Shown here: in pieces, positions 53,601 to 64,000 of the stretch | Numbering within the stretch: position 1 is the stretch's first letter | How the letters are laid out: each line of letters starts with the position of its first letter | Source of the DNA: Pavona decussata | Taxonomy: Eukaryota | Assembly (NCBI GenBank): GCA_977016875.1 | Contig: CDRNST010000176.1 | Span: 806,001 to 870,000 of the forward strand | Length of the DNA: 64,000 nt | Direction: 5' to 3' | Made by a program: the position numbers and the translations under genes | Notes under the pieces: model-generated | The model's input: only the letters and a program-made list of their open reading frames with translations | The model's database searches: none | Told to the model about the DNA's origin: nothing

Positions 53601-56600
53601 TGCACTGGACTGCCATGGCAAGTGTTCCAGGGCCCTTGGCACGTCTTTGCATTATAGGATGAAATGCTCAGGTCAATTGCAGTGGATTAGGTGCAGAACG
53701 ATGCCCAGTTGCTTTGTGCTTTGGAATCCAGAGTTACACACAAGTGTAACAATCCCCTTTGTTAAACATGTGTAATGTTTCAAGTCCTTTAGAAGGTCAA
53801 TTGATTTTTGTGGATAAAATTTGGGCAAGGCCATAAATAAGGACTCCAGGTTTTGAGATTCACGTTTTTTGTACATGATTATAATTTCCTGTACAGACAG
53901 AAGTGTGAGGATCACTCCTGAAAGACCATACAGTCCAACTCGTGCTCATCCACACACCGTGACTCCTAGAAAATCAGTTCCAGTACCCACCACATATGAA
54001 CCTCCTCAGTTTGATGTAAGCCCAGTTCCTGCTGATGTTCTTGATGACGAAGAAGTGCCCCATGTGCCACAGAGTGAAGTACATGGTCATCATTCTCCAA
54101 AGAAAAGCCCTCTGAAACGGATTCCAGAAGATAAAGATGAACATGTATGTTTCACATTGTAGTTTATGTTTTGTTAATGATGTACTGTTTAACATTTTTC
54201 CTGACAGAGTCAAGGTTATAAGCTGGTTCCACAACAAAAGCTGCCAGCGTAAAATCTACCTCGCCTGTTGTCGTTCTGTAGTTATTTTTAAATTCTAAGT
54301 GCATTCAGTGCCCTCCTTGCGGACACCTGGCTATTACAGGCACCTCATTATTACAGACGAAAAGTGAAGTCCTGGCGAGCAAGATGTACTGAAAATAACT
54401 CCTATCACGGTACTCCAAAGTGGGGTCCAAGAGGTGCCCCACTATAGCAAGAGTTGAATTTAGTCAGTCATCTTCACTGTAGTTTTGAACTTTTAAGCAG
54501 TAATAACCCATTGCTGGCTGATAATTAAACCCTTGGAAAATGATCATCCTCAGAATGACAGAAGATGTTAAAACATATTTTATGTGCATTTTGTTGGGAG
54601 TGTAAATATTAGCCGTGATACCTGGGCACATGGTTTGTGTAATGTTTAAAATACGAGCAGCAGTGTTTTATCGCAATTAAAAACAACGATGCGCAGCCGA
54701 TAGACCGCAGACCCGATAAAACACGTGCTGTGAGTTTTTTGAACGGCTTGGAAAAGCGTGTGTCAAGAGAGTTCATAACAATGATGCTTTTACGAACGTT
54801 GGAAATAAGCATACGAGAGAAACATTAAACACCACAAACTAATAAGGAGTAGGTTTAAAAAGCACTGCACGTGATGTTTTATCGACCATTTGATAGGTCA
54901 TTGGACTTATGAATTGTTAATGAGTTTTTGAAGCCATGACTCTCTTTTACACATTACCAAAATCTACTTCAAGCATTGTTTTGTCAGAGGAAAGTGGGGG
55001 TCTAGTTGGACAAATATTCTTTAAAAGGATTTGCAGTTATTTTCCTAATAACCAATTGAATCTTCCAGACTTCTCCTGTCAGGACTAAATCACCTGCAAG
55101 AAGACTGAACTTCAACATTCCTACAACTACAGAATCTAGAGCTCAGAACACCAACAATCTTCATCCCCCAAAAGTCACCAAGCATTACAAGCGACATGAA
55201 TTCATGTCCTCCTTGGCTGAACGCAGGTATACAGCTCCACCTAACCAGGCAGGACTGCAACTTAAATCCGTTCTTGGGTATAATGGAAATGGAAGGAAGA
55301 ACATGGTTTGGAAATTCGATACAGGTAATAACAACTTCAGCTTCTGTTCCTATACAAAATCAACTTCGCTATAACAGACACCTTAAGGGCCACAATTTAA
55401 TGTTCATTTGAAATTTCATGACATTCGCTTCGTAGACTTAGGCAAATTCATGTATTTTCACCAACACTCCCTCCAATCTCTAAACAGTCCTGTTCATGCA
55501 TAGTATACAAGAAACTCTCATGCTTATAACTTGACCTTCCCTTACGGTGGGTCCTAATATAAAGCCTCGTGGTTTCTTCTTAGGTGCCCTCGCAACTTCC
55601 TGTATCTTTTAATTTCTCTTACGTCAATGTATATTTTTCTTTCTTTTGTGTCTGGCAAATAAATAAATTTGAATTTCAGCCTTCAAATTTGAGAGTCTGA
55701 AATATCGGGAATTGTTTTTCTTAAACTCCTGCTCGTAGTAATGGGAGGTCCGTTATAGCAGGGTGTCCACAAGGCAGAAAATGACTGTATAGGACTTGAT
55801 ATGATACATAATGTGAAATACTGGAATTATTTCTGGAATGTTATATCGCAAGGGAAACCGGTTGGGTGCAAGTTTGATCAATCTTGATGGGCTCAGTTAG
55901 CCCATCAAAGGCAAATCAAAGTCCAAGAACTTTGGTCAGGAAGTTCTACTACCCAAAGCTTATTTATGTTTACTTCCAAACTTTTATTTGAGGTTGAATT
56001 CACACGATCGCAATCCAACTCTTCGCCATAGTAAGGTGTGTTTCTCAAAGTGTATAGTTATAAGCAATTGCATGTCATTCGGCTGTTATCTGTCAACCTG
56101 ACAATGTTCGCCTTAGGGAGGTATCCACCATTATTATACAGTTGTTTCTGCTTTGAAAAAGTACACTCAACTGTATATCTTTCAAACTACTCACCTGCTC
56201 CTGTCATTTGTGTTAAGGACTTTTTGCATACACCAGTGGTTGCCTTTTGGTTATAGAGGACCTCCATTCTGGTACCCAGCGTCATTTCATGGGACACACA
56301 GAAGAGATCTCTACCTTAGCCTTACAGCATGACGGCCTTGTACTGGCATCAGCCTCAGGGCCATCTGACACTAGTGCCAGTCAAATCTGCCTATGGGATT
56401 TACAAGAGGGCATTTGCAAGAAGGTTTGTCAAAAATTTCACTTGAAGTAAACTGTACGCAGGGTGTCACGGATCTTCAGATGTGACAAATTTCCTTCATA
56501 ATAATAATAGTGACTTTATTATCGTGTCAAGCAACAATCTAGCAGAGGGGACACCTAACAATCTAAAATACAAAACGAATTAATGAGAACTCACTAACAT

Positions 56601-59018
56601 ACCAACTACTAAAACTCTAATTCATAATTATCAAAATTCTAATTCTAATATCATACCTCCAGGACCAGTGATGATAAAAGTGTCATGTGTTTTGAGGACC
56701 ATAGCTTTGTGTGCTTTGCATTGTGACTCAGTCGTTTGACTTGCTGATTAGCGTGTACAGGTTCATGAACTTGACTCCCATCATGTAGCCAAACAGTTTT
56801 TATTTCCTTGTTCGTGTCAAACGTAGCGCAATTTAGGTATATCATGGCTTACTTCCAAAGTGATCATTTCCCCCTCTATCAGACTTGACCATATGTTAAT
56901 TTCAAGGGGTTGCTATTTGGGTGACTAGATTTTGACTCGACATAAATGAACAAATACGTTAGAAGAAAAGTAAGTAAATGAAAAGGCCACTGACTATAGA
57001 GTATAATAGGAAAGGTGATAGCAAATAATAATTAATATCTTAGCAGGAAGCGTTCTTTATCATATTGTAAGAGCTTCCGTGCGTTCTGCAAAAATTAAAA
57101 TATAATAATTATTTCAACTGATCATTTTTTGGTTTAAAAAGTTTCAGTAGTGTCTCGCACTTTGCAGCTCTCCTTGCTGATACAACAAACTGGCAATAAA
57201 ACTGTCCCTGTGTACAAATTGATAAAATTTACTATTTCTTCTTATACTGTTCAGGTTCTTTACCGCCACAAACATGAGATAGTGTGCCTTACCTATGCAC
57301 GAGATGATAGATTCCTGGTGTCCGTGGGTGACTACAGAGAGTGTTCAGTAGTGGTGTGGTGTACTAGAGATATGGTCGTCCTCGCTGCATCATGTGCCAG
57401 ACATCCTGTCCATGATGTTATGTGGGATCCATACACTGCTAACGAGTTTGCATCAGTGGGACAAGATGGATCTGTACTGTTTTGGTTGCTGGATGAGACC
57501 GGTGAAAAACTGACTCTAAATGTAAGGTTCTCCAAGGGTATATTTTGTGCAAAAAGTGACTCGAAATGTAAGGTTATGCTGGTGTACATATTGTTAACTT
57601 GTCGCTAGTAGTGCTCCTTAACAGTCCTTAACACGTAGCAAAATATCGGTGTGTACTTAAAACGAAGACCTAAAGATTTACCACTGAAATTTAGCTTGGT
57701 GATTCATTATTTAGGTTTCTATCTGCAGTAGACGGATTAGTCTTTATCTTCCTTCATCATTGGGATTTTTTATGATGATTCCAGTAATCCGTTTTTCTAG
57801 GTTCATGAGCCAGACGTTCCAGAACAACTTGTGCAGTCCAAGAAAGCGGTGAGATGTACATTGTGTCTCTGTAAGAAGCTAAACCGAATCTATCATCAAA
57901 AGAATCTGTACTAGTAGAACCTTAAGTTCAATTGGAAGTTCTCTGTCGGTCCTTTTTAGTGGAGGTTAGGTTACTGCAATATCGGAGTACTTTTACTTTG
58001 GCCAGCCAGTCTTTAGTTTAAATACCAACCATTCACATGGTTATTAGTTAGATGACAGGGTTGCCACAGTCAGTGAAAAGTCAGGAAAAAACAGATTTTT
58101 TTTTTCAAGGTCATGGAAAAGGCAGGGAAATACTAAATTCTACCTCTGTGAAAAGTCTTTGGCTACCCACCAGGTTTGGGAATTTTGGAGAAGGGTCTAT
58201 TGAGGGAGAAGAGACAACACAGATTAGGATACAATAGTGGCACAGTTTCATGTTGTTTTGTTTAATGAAAAGAAGTACCTTTGATATCACTTTCCAAAAA
58301 AAGTGGGGAAATTGATTTACACTTACGTTTATGACAATAGCTAGACATTCCTTTGTGTTTTATGAAATGATCAAAACAAGGCAATCAGTTCATTCTTGAT
58401 AAAAGGAAATGAAGTCTAATCTTTTTTACAGAGAGATGAATACTATGCTTTTACTGCCTTATGGTATGCAGGAGACAGTGTCATGTATGCTGGTACTAGC
58501 TCAGGTAAGGTATAGTTCTTATGGATCAGGTTTCTAAAGAGGCTGGTGCTGCGTCAGTGGGGAATTAGAAGTCAATGTTTGGTTTATCAACAGAGTTGAT
58601 AAGGTAATTTGGCCACTGTACAGAGATTCGAGTGTCTAAAGGGCAAAGGCTGGAAACGTCTCTTTACGGTGGCCAATTTACCTTTAGTTATCAACTCTGC
58701 TGATAAACCAAACGTAAGTTATAGTTCTATTGTCCCTTTGGGGATCATGGCACCAACCCCTTGTTAAAATTATGGACTACCAGAATACAAGAAAGGGATT
58801 ATAGAAAATGAAAGCGTTATTAGGCTACTGGGATTTGAAAGGGAGACCGTTAAATATGGCATTGGCAATGTTTACTGAAAGTGACTGGGTTTTTTTAATT
58901 TTAATTAATTTTTTAATATTTCAATTTTAAATTAGTATAGAACTTTAACTTATGTAAAGCGCTTCTGAATGTTGTTTATAGTTTTGGTGCTATACAAATT
59001 CCTTATTATTATTATAAT

Positions 59019-59050
<32 letters not shown>

Positions 59051-62000
59051 ATTATTATTATTATTATTATTGTTATTATTATTAAGCGAACTATTTCCGT
59101 ACCAATCCTCTTTCCATTACTCCAACTACTACACTATCCTGCACTTAAGCAGTATATTTTAGCGACCACAGCGTAAAACAAATCAAAACATCTGTTTGTG
59201 GTTGGCTTTGATTAACTTATCCAGCTCACCGCATGTCAGTTCACAGGTTTGTTGTCCAATAACAATAGAATTGCATGATGTAGGACAGTGTTTTTAAACA
59301 CTTAAAAGTACTATTATATTATATTACTATTATGTCACTGTTTTCTTTCAAGTAAAGGTTATCATAACGGGTTTTGTTGTTGTTGTTGTAGACCAGTGTT
59401 GCCAAGATGAAGAATGACCTTTTCTTACAATATTTAATTATTTGGATTCTTTTACATTTATGTCCTTAAAATACATGTATGGGAGATCTTTAACTACGCG
59501 TTTTTGTTTTTAACTGAAGGTATGTTGTCAGCATGGGACACGAGGCAAAACAAGTGTTTTATTCACTGGGAAGGAGACTCCACAGAGATCGGTATGATTC
59601 AAGCAAAACCCTATCTATAAAAGATTACTTAAAATTAATGCATATGTTATTGATTGTTGTGGGTTATTTAGCCTCTCTACTACTACTTCCACTGCAGCTG
59701 AACACTCTTTTGCTAAACGTCCAGTTCGTTAACCCATCATACAAACACCAAGCTGGGCAACACTCTCTGGTCCTGTGTTAAAATTGAGTACGTCATCATA
59801 CATACACTCAGTTACCAGAGCTATGTTTGCTAACATGTGCTTATTGTTATGCTTTACAGACATGGTAATTGGACATGGGGGCAGTCTGGTGGTTGGTAGT
59901 GCCTCAGGAAATCTGCGTTTGTGGTCTGTGGTAGGAGTGAGTGAAATGAGACTTCCTGGAGATAGTACCAGGTAATTTAAAGACTGTTGCATCCGCGGCA
60001 TAGTGGTTGCATTTTATGTTTTCTTCGTAAATTAGAGGAGTTACATAGTTGTCTGTTTTGAGTTCACCAGAATTACATTTTACTCCAGTACCCATCATAT
60101 GAAGTGACCTGGGGTGTCTTACTTCCTCCAAATAAGATGATATGCCCACTTCTATTGTCTCTTTTAATAGAGATCAAGCACCATGTTTAGGGCAAACGGC
60201 CAGCGTGAGATTCGCGCTTATGTTTTCTTTAAAAAAGTAACAGTTAGCATATAGATGAGAATAGTGAAAAATAATTCTGGCTTTTGATGCTAACGCAAAA
60301 CTACTCAATTTTTCCGCGAAACTCTTTACGCGTGCGGCAGATGTAGGGTAAGCATGGCCACATGGTCATTTTTGCCATAAACATGGTGCTTACTCTTTAA
60401 CAACAAATTGAAAGGCAGTGCTGTGTACATGAAGGGCCTATGTCGAATTTTACTTGGAGTTTTGGTTTACATCAATATGCTACATTTTTTTGCTCGTGCA
60501 TATAATAACATTCATCCCATAACCTTCGGAATTAGCTGTCATTTTGGAGAAACTTCCATACTTATCAGCTGCCTTTTGATAATGCTGATGTCACATCTTC
60601 AATTAGTGCTATTGAAACTATTGAAAAAAAAAAGCATTTGACGATATTGTGATATTGTGATTGTGAATGGAACAACGAAACGAAGATGTTTGCAAAGTTC
60701 TTGTAGATTTGAAAGTATGTGCTTAGGTTGAAGAAGTTACTATAATCGTGTCCAATAAATTCAGAGAACATCTCAAATATTTACGGGTACTGAACCGCTG
60801 AGTTTGTTAATATTTTTCTGTGACGGTTACTCTAAGGCATTAGCAAAAGTATTGTTGCAATCCAAACTTGATACATACAGTTTTGTCATAACCTAAATGT
60901 TTTATAGGTTATCCAGGGATGGACTTGTGATGGAAGATGAGATGATTCTTGATGGAGCTATTATTTCAGCTTCATTTGATGATGCATTGGAAACTGTAAG
61001 CATGGAATAGTTAATCCTTGCCTGTTTAAAGATTCTCGGAGCTACCTTTGCAACCAGACTGTTGGGATTCAAACCTATGATCTCTGTGATACCGGTGCAG
61101 TGTTCTACCAACTGAGCTATCACTGAACACTGTACCGGCATCACAGAGGTCATGGGTTTCAAATCCCTTTCAAGCCTGAATTTTTTCAGGTTTTTCACAA
61201 CAGTCTGGTTGCGTAGATAACTGCGATAATCTTTTCTTCTGTATAATCTTTTTATCCGCAGTGCGTACACATATTTAATATCTTTGCCTGTTAAGTTGTT
61301 TATATTTTCTGATAAAAAAAAGTAGCGTTGCTTGAATGGTTTTTTCCAGGGTATAATTGGAACTGTGTCAGGTACACTGTGGTACGTCAACTGGGAGGAA
61401 AGAGCCAGCATTAGACTGGTCAGTGGACATGCCCAGCAGGTGAGGCTCACATTAAATTGTGAAACTGCTGTTAATGAAATTTACCATTAATGTACCATAA
61501 AGGTCCCTGTCCAAGTTCAAGGGAAGAGATCTTCACCACAACTGAGTTAAAGGGCCCTCTTTACAGGGTTGCCATGGTTTGGGAAAAGTCATGGAATTTC
61601 ACGTCAAGTCAGGGAACTTCTAAATTCTAACCCCAAAATCAGTCAAAGTCAGTCAGTTAATTACTTTACTTATGCTTTATCATGCTTGAAGTAACCAACT
61701 ATGTATGATTCTGTGAATTTACCAAACCAAACCTATCCCAAAGTTAATGTAAATTTCCTAGAATATCCATTAACGTTTCATTGACACGATTCAGTATTCT
61801 CAAGTGTAAATTGATTTACTTTTTAATGTTATACTGTCTATAGATTAATGACCTGGTTTTCAGTGGCCCAGATGACCAGTATTTTGCAACATGTAGTTCG
61901 GATGGCATTTTACATCTTTGGAGTGGAGACAGCTTGGAACATTTACAGTTTCAAGTTCTTGGACAGGTAACAAGTACGGTTTAATTAGATTAAAACTGGG

Positions 62001-63895
62001 TATTGCATTAGCCAAGTACTACTGAAAGTGATTTGCTGAATTCATATTAGATACAGAAATTGTCTTAGTTCGGAAAAACTCATCTCAGGACGGAAATTTC
62101 ATCTGATGTGAATCTGGTAAAGGGCTAGTTTCCTGTCTCAAATTCATCCCTTCATTTTTCTGTCTAGAACAACAGGACAATCTGATGGAAACCTGACGGT
62201 AAAACATGTTCATGTCGTTTCTTTGCTTAAGCAGTACTCTGAAGTAGCGAAAGCTTGAGTTTCTTGGTCCGTCTAAAATCTTCTGAAGACATTGCAAGCC
62301 AGGGTGGTTGTGCAAACGGAATCCATTCTTTTAAAGCATGGGCTACTAGCCATTCGCTTGTATTCCATGAAAATGGCGCATAGCATTTTCTGAATGTGCC
62401 ATTAAAAAAACTGTTTGAACCAGCCCATCAAAATGGCGAAATTTATGTACAAACTGACCGATCTGGTCACGCAGTGTTTTCAAATGGAAAGCATCCCAAC
62501 TGTCTATCAATTCAAAGTGGTCATGAAGGACTGTAAGCATTAACCCTAACTCCCTTCTTTATACTTCAGACCTGCAATTGTGTGTCATTCTGTCCCGTGC
62601 CTGAAGCCACTCCTACCAAGTCAATTACAAATGAAGGGCAGACAGTGGCCACTGTCCACCCACAACCTCCACCTACCGAGACTGTTATTCAACCTTCGCA
62701 TTGTGTGGCTGGCTACAGTGATGGAACCATCAGGATATTTGATTTGGGAAAAGTGGAGATGATCATGAAGATGCAGCCACATGGTGCTGCCATTACTGCT
62801 CTATCATTCTCAGCTGATGGTAATAGCATTGCATTATCATTATCATTATTGAAATAACAGTTTTTAAATGTAATTGAATGTATGCCATGGAGCTAACGAC
62901 AAAGAGCGTGGACCAGTGTTGCCTTGTGGTCATTGGTGCACATGTGCCAGGATTCCATGTTCTCTTGGTGTCAAATGCCTCTTTGTGGTGCAGACCTGTC
63001 GTTGCTAGAGGGGTTAATTCCTCACTAGCCTCTGTTCCCCTCCCCTCATTGCGACAGGTGCCTGTTTCCATTTACGTGAAGGCTTGTGGCTTAGTTTGCT
63101 AGGATTTACCACCCATGGAGGCAGTCTGCACCTAGGAGCTGGCTGCTAATCGTGGAAGGCCCAGACACCCAACTTCCCTAAACGAGGCGGTTGTCAACCC
63201 AACTATCAGATCCCAGCACTTGCAAATAATCAAAGTGTTCTTCTTTCATGTACACACGTTTTGTTGTTCCATAACATTTCTTCTACTCAAAAGCTTTTGT
63301 TTTGGAGAAAATGTGGCATAGTAGAAGCCAGTGTGCTATTTTTCTCTAGTTGCTGTAACTGTGATGAAAATGTTCAACAGTAAGCCTGCAGATGAAAAGG
63401 ACATCCCGTTCAGATGGTTTTGATGCAGATTTTGTATATTCAGATCAAACTGGGTCAGGTTTTGAATTATAATCTTTTGGCTATAGCAAAAGTGAAAACA
63501 CAGGGAACATACGAAGAACAAACGTGACCCTTTTCACTGAGTCTTGGCTTTACAGCAAGGAAACATTGGTGGGAGGTGAACGTTCACACCAATGAAAAAA
63601 GTTTGCTCCTCCGAATCAACATTGAAGAGAGACTGACCATAAGTGTGAGGGTAAGGTGGAGCACATTTTGGCCATTGTTTGTTTACATTTTGGGAGGTAA
63701 ATCATCAGTTGTTCCTGTGTCATGATTAGAAAATAGAGAATTTGTTGTTTTATAAATTGTGCAGGACGAGTGATAATCAGTGGAGCAGAGGATGGTTTGC
63801 TGGCAATAAGCAGTCCCTCAACAGGACTCACACTCAGGTTACTGAACGACCACAAGGGTGCACCCATCACTTGCCTCCATGTCTCTTCTGTCAAG
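28568..63895 (+). CDS. WDR90: WD repeat-containing protein 90 (POC16), 3'-incomplete. Exons 28568-28577 (tentative), 29757-29848, 30968-31289, 31893-32413, 32737-32808, 33735-33878, 41425-41472, 41862-41930, 42372-42482, 43010-43155, 43711-43768, 45044-45162, 45692-45853, 46667-46917, 47444-47514, 48063-48441, 49607-49794, 50401-50562, 51579-51707, 52123-52253, 53347-53387, 53897-54144, 55069-55324, 56218-56423, 57255-57521, 57801-57848, 58432-58504, 59520-59591, 59860-59971, 60908-60995, 61350-61439, 61844-61966, 62570-62819, 63765-63895
   Basis: N-terminus WQHPNVNVFKHF..EWKKCSKEG/DKQMKGTVYRITGSIPASNFIQFPRTSTQSLGLTGRYLY..SFSNMFKEFKSTSTWLQFP matches the WDR90 CFAP20/DUF667-like domain; LKPDPILSLKRVVGFGG followed by many WD40 repeats (FMGHTDK, ATGSDDGILRLW, VSADESIRVWD, FMGHTEEISTLA); canonical splice sites with compatible phases. 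Confidence 0.93.
28695..28708 (+). promoter_or_regulatory. RFX X-box-like motif GTTATCAAGGTAAC
   Basis: Fits RYYNYYWWRRNRAC; within ~350 bp of both predicted start codons. Confidence 0.45.
29960..30458 (-). mobile_element. Crypton-like (tyrosine recombinase transposon) relic / non-autonomous derivative
   Basis: ORF 30043-30384(-) has ENLNMRKSTINWVRVFENW..PEQLDKVLLEQFFASVCKQDG, resembling the region N-terminal to the recombinase/DUF3504 domain of CryptonA; inverted repeat TTTTAATATCATGGGTGACA / TGTCACCCATGATATTAAAA. Confidence 0.7.
30700..30946 (+). mobile_element. tRNA-derived SINE, second and more diverged copy
   Basis: GGAGCAGGGATGACACAGTGGTGAGAGCAC..GTGGATGTGCCACTGAAATTCCCATT aligns with 24925-25196. 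Confidence 0.85.
31507..31663. mobile_element. MITE
   Basis: TAATTGAAGGGGTG..CCTTAAGTGACTT / AAGTCACTTAGGGCC..CACCCCTTCAATTA. Confidence 0.7.
33381..33684 (-). mobile_element. tRNA-derived element with ~54-bp terminal direct repeats
   Basis: Minus-strand TAGCTCAGTTCGTAGAGC..GAGTTCGAGTCCC head; CAAATAG..AAAGATCC..TACGCAACTTA..CAGTTGC.AAAAG at 33381 and 33630. Confidence 0.65.
34146..34653 (-). mobile_element. PIF/Harbinger-derived non-autonomous element with transposase N-terminal relic; outer ~30 bp of left TIR missing
   Basis: ~50-bp inverted repeats (34146-34197 / 34574-34626); right end GTGTAGCCGCGGCT followed by TTA; minus ORF KRSTWVHPWLEKRKEQGFYYQLLTEI..D..F..LLRM is a typical Harbinger transposase N-terminus. 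Confidence 0.8.
34654..37867 (+). repeat. 3.2-kb purine-rich minisatellite; 22-23-bp units GAACGCTTAGGGAACGCAAAGAG / GAACGCTTAGGGAACGAAAAGG containing TTAGGG
   Basis: Directly visible; GAACG recurs every 11-12 bp; variant blocks repeat at higher order. Confidence 0.98.
38570..38957 (+). mobile_element. Penelope-like retroelement 3' fragment (GIY-YIG C-terminus plus pLTR)
   Basis: LPGHSIKNIELIPLE..RKAREAFLISKGKTLEPYGINRRDE* is a typical Penelope GIY-YIG end, followed by a hammerhead motif. Confidence 0.85.
38857..38898 (+). ncRNA. Minimal type I hammerhead ribozyme
   Basis: GCCC-CTGAAGA-A-GGTTAG(TATTGT)CTAACC-GAAA-TATT-GGGC: CUGANGA and GAAA core, perfect 6-bp stem II, GCCC/GGGC stem I, rudimentary palindromic stem III. 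Confidence 0.8.
41613..41688. mobile_element. TAGCCT..AGGCTA near-perfect hairpin mini-MITE
   Basis: TAGCCTGTGTACAGC..CCCTCAGGAAAAAT CG ATTTTTCCTGAGGG..GCTGTACACAGGCTA. Confidence 0.8.
43895..44402. mobile_element. Tc1/mariner (pogo-type) MITE with TA target duplication
   Basis: TA|CAGTAATAGCCCACGTATAAGAACC ... GGTTCTTATACGCGGGCTATTACTG|TA. Confidence 0.85.
44641..44685 (+). repeat. (ATT)n microsatellite
   Basis: Directly visible. Confidence 0.95.
51419..51556 (+). mobile_element. tRNA-derived SINE-like head (Thr-AGT-like), related to 23861-23946
   Basis: GAGTCTCCTGTAGCTCAGTGGTAGAGCATCCTAACTAGTAATCGGAAGGTC..; degenerate B box, no proper acceptor stem. Confidence 0.6.
52468..52858 (+). repeat. 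Diverged tandem duplication, period ~220-240 bp
   Basis: AGCATGA.CC.CTATTAATTTCAT..CATTAGTTGTTTTA.TTGGGTATT..TTCTGTAATC..CACAAAATCAGC.GAATAATACTTTTTT occurs twice. Confidence 0.75.
58529..58713. mobile_element. Palindromic element, same family as 24895-25408
   Basis: GTTTGGTTTATCAACAGAGTTGATAAGGTAATTTGGCCAC / GTGGCCAATTTACC..TTATCAACTCTGCTGATAAACCAAAC. Confidence 0.75.
59003..59083 (+). repeat. (TTA)n microsatellite, imperfect
   Basis: Directly visible. Confidence 0.9.
61061..61285. mobile_element. Inverted pair of tRNA-like heads (same family as 33381-33684)
   Basis: GGGATTCAAACCTATGATCTCTGTGATACCGGTGCAGTGTT is mirrored by AACACTGTACCGGCATCACAGAGGTCATGGGTTTCAAATCCC, followed by AAGCCTGAATTTTTTCAGGTTT. 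Confidence 0.7.
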
Positions 63896-64000
63896 GTAAA
63901 AAAGCTTTATCAGCTTTTGTTAAGAGGTGATGGGTATTGAAAAAATGCTTGGAACATTTCATAGTCCAAAGGGAAAAAGCATTAAGGTGCATATCCTCGA

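Noticed and set aside
60902-61450. 182-aa minus-strand ORF as a nested gene
   Set aside because: It is a patchwork of antisense WDR90 exons and a tRNA-derived repeat

Overview
Eukaryotic, intron-rich animal DNA, most likely a stony coral or other anthozoan (inferred from gene style and repeat families). There are two assembly gaps (1276-1499, 9751-9882). Four protein-coding genes were reconstructed by hand from GT-AG sites and protein similarity: (1) the last three exons of a BAH-domain gene of the BAHCC1/TNRC18 family (+, ends 2164); (2) a MICAL-like gene (CH + LIM + bMERB, no monooxygenase; +, ~8.1-21.6 kb); (3) UPF0193/EVG1 (C22orf23 orthologue; -, 28361-24547); (4) WDR90 (CFAP20-like domain + WD40; +, ~28568 to beyond the window end, 34 exons seen). 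MICAL-L and EVG1 are convergent, as MICALL1 and C22orf23 are in human, and EVG1 and WDR90 start head-to-head about 206 bp apart. The most unusual region is WDR90 intron 6 (33879-41424), a nested stack of mobile elements. A Tc1/mariner-like relic there appears to carry a 3.2-kb TTAGGG-containing minisatellite whose seed unit also sits in the element's own subterminal region. Two Harbinger relics, a MITE and a Penelope 3' end with an intact-looking minimal hammerhead ribozyme are inserted into it. Other introns hold tRNA-derived SINEs, tRNA-head elements with terminal direct repeats, palindromic hammerhead-derived elements, a Crypton relic and many MITEs. All calls are by eye; no searches were run.
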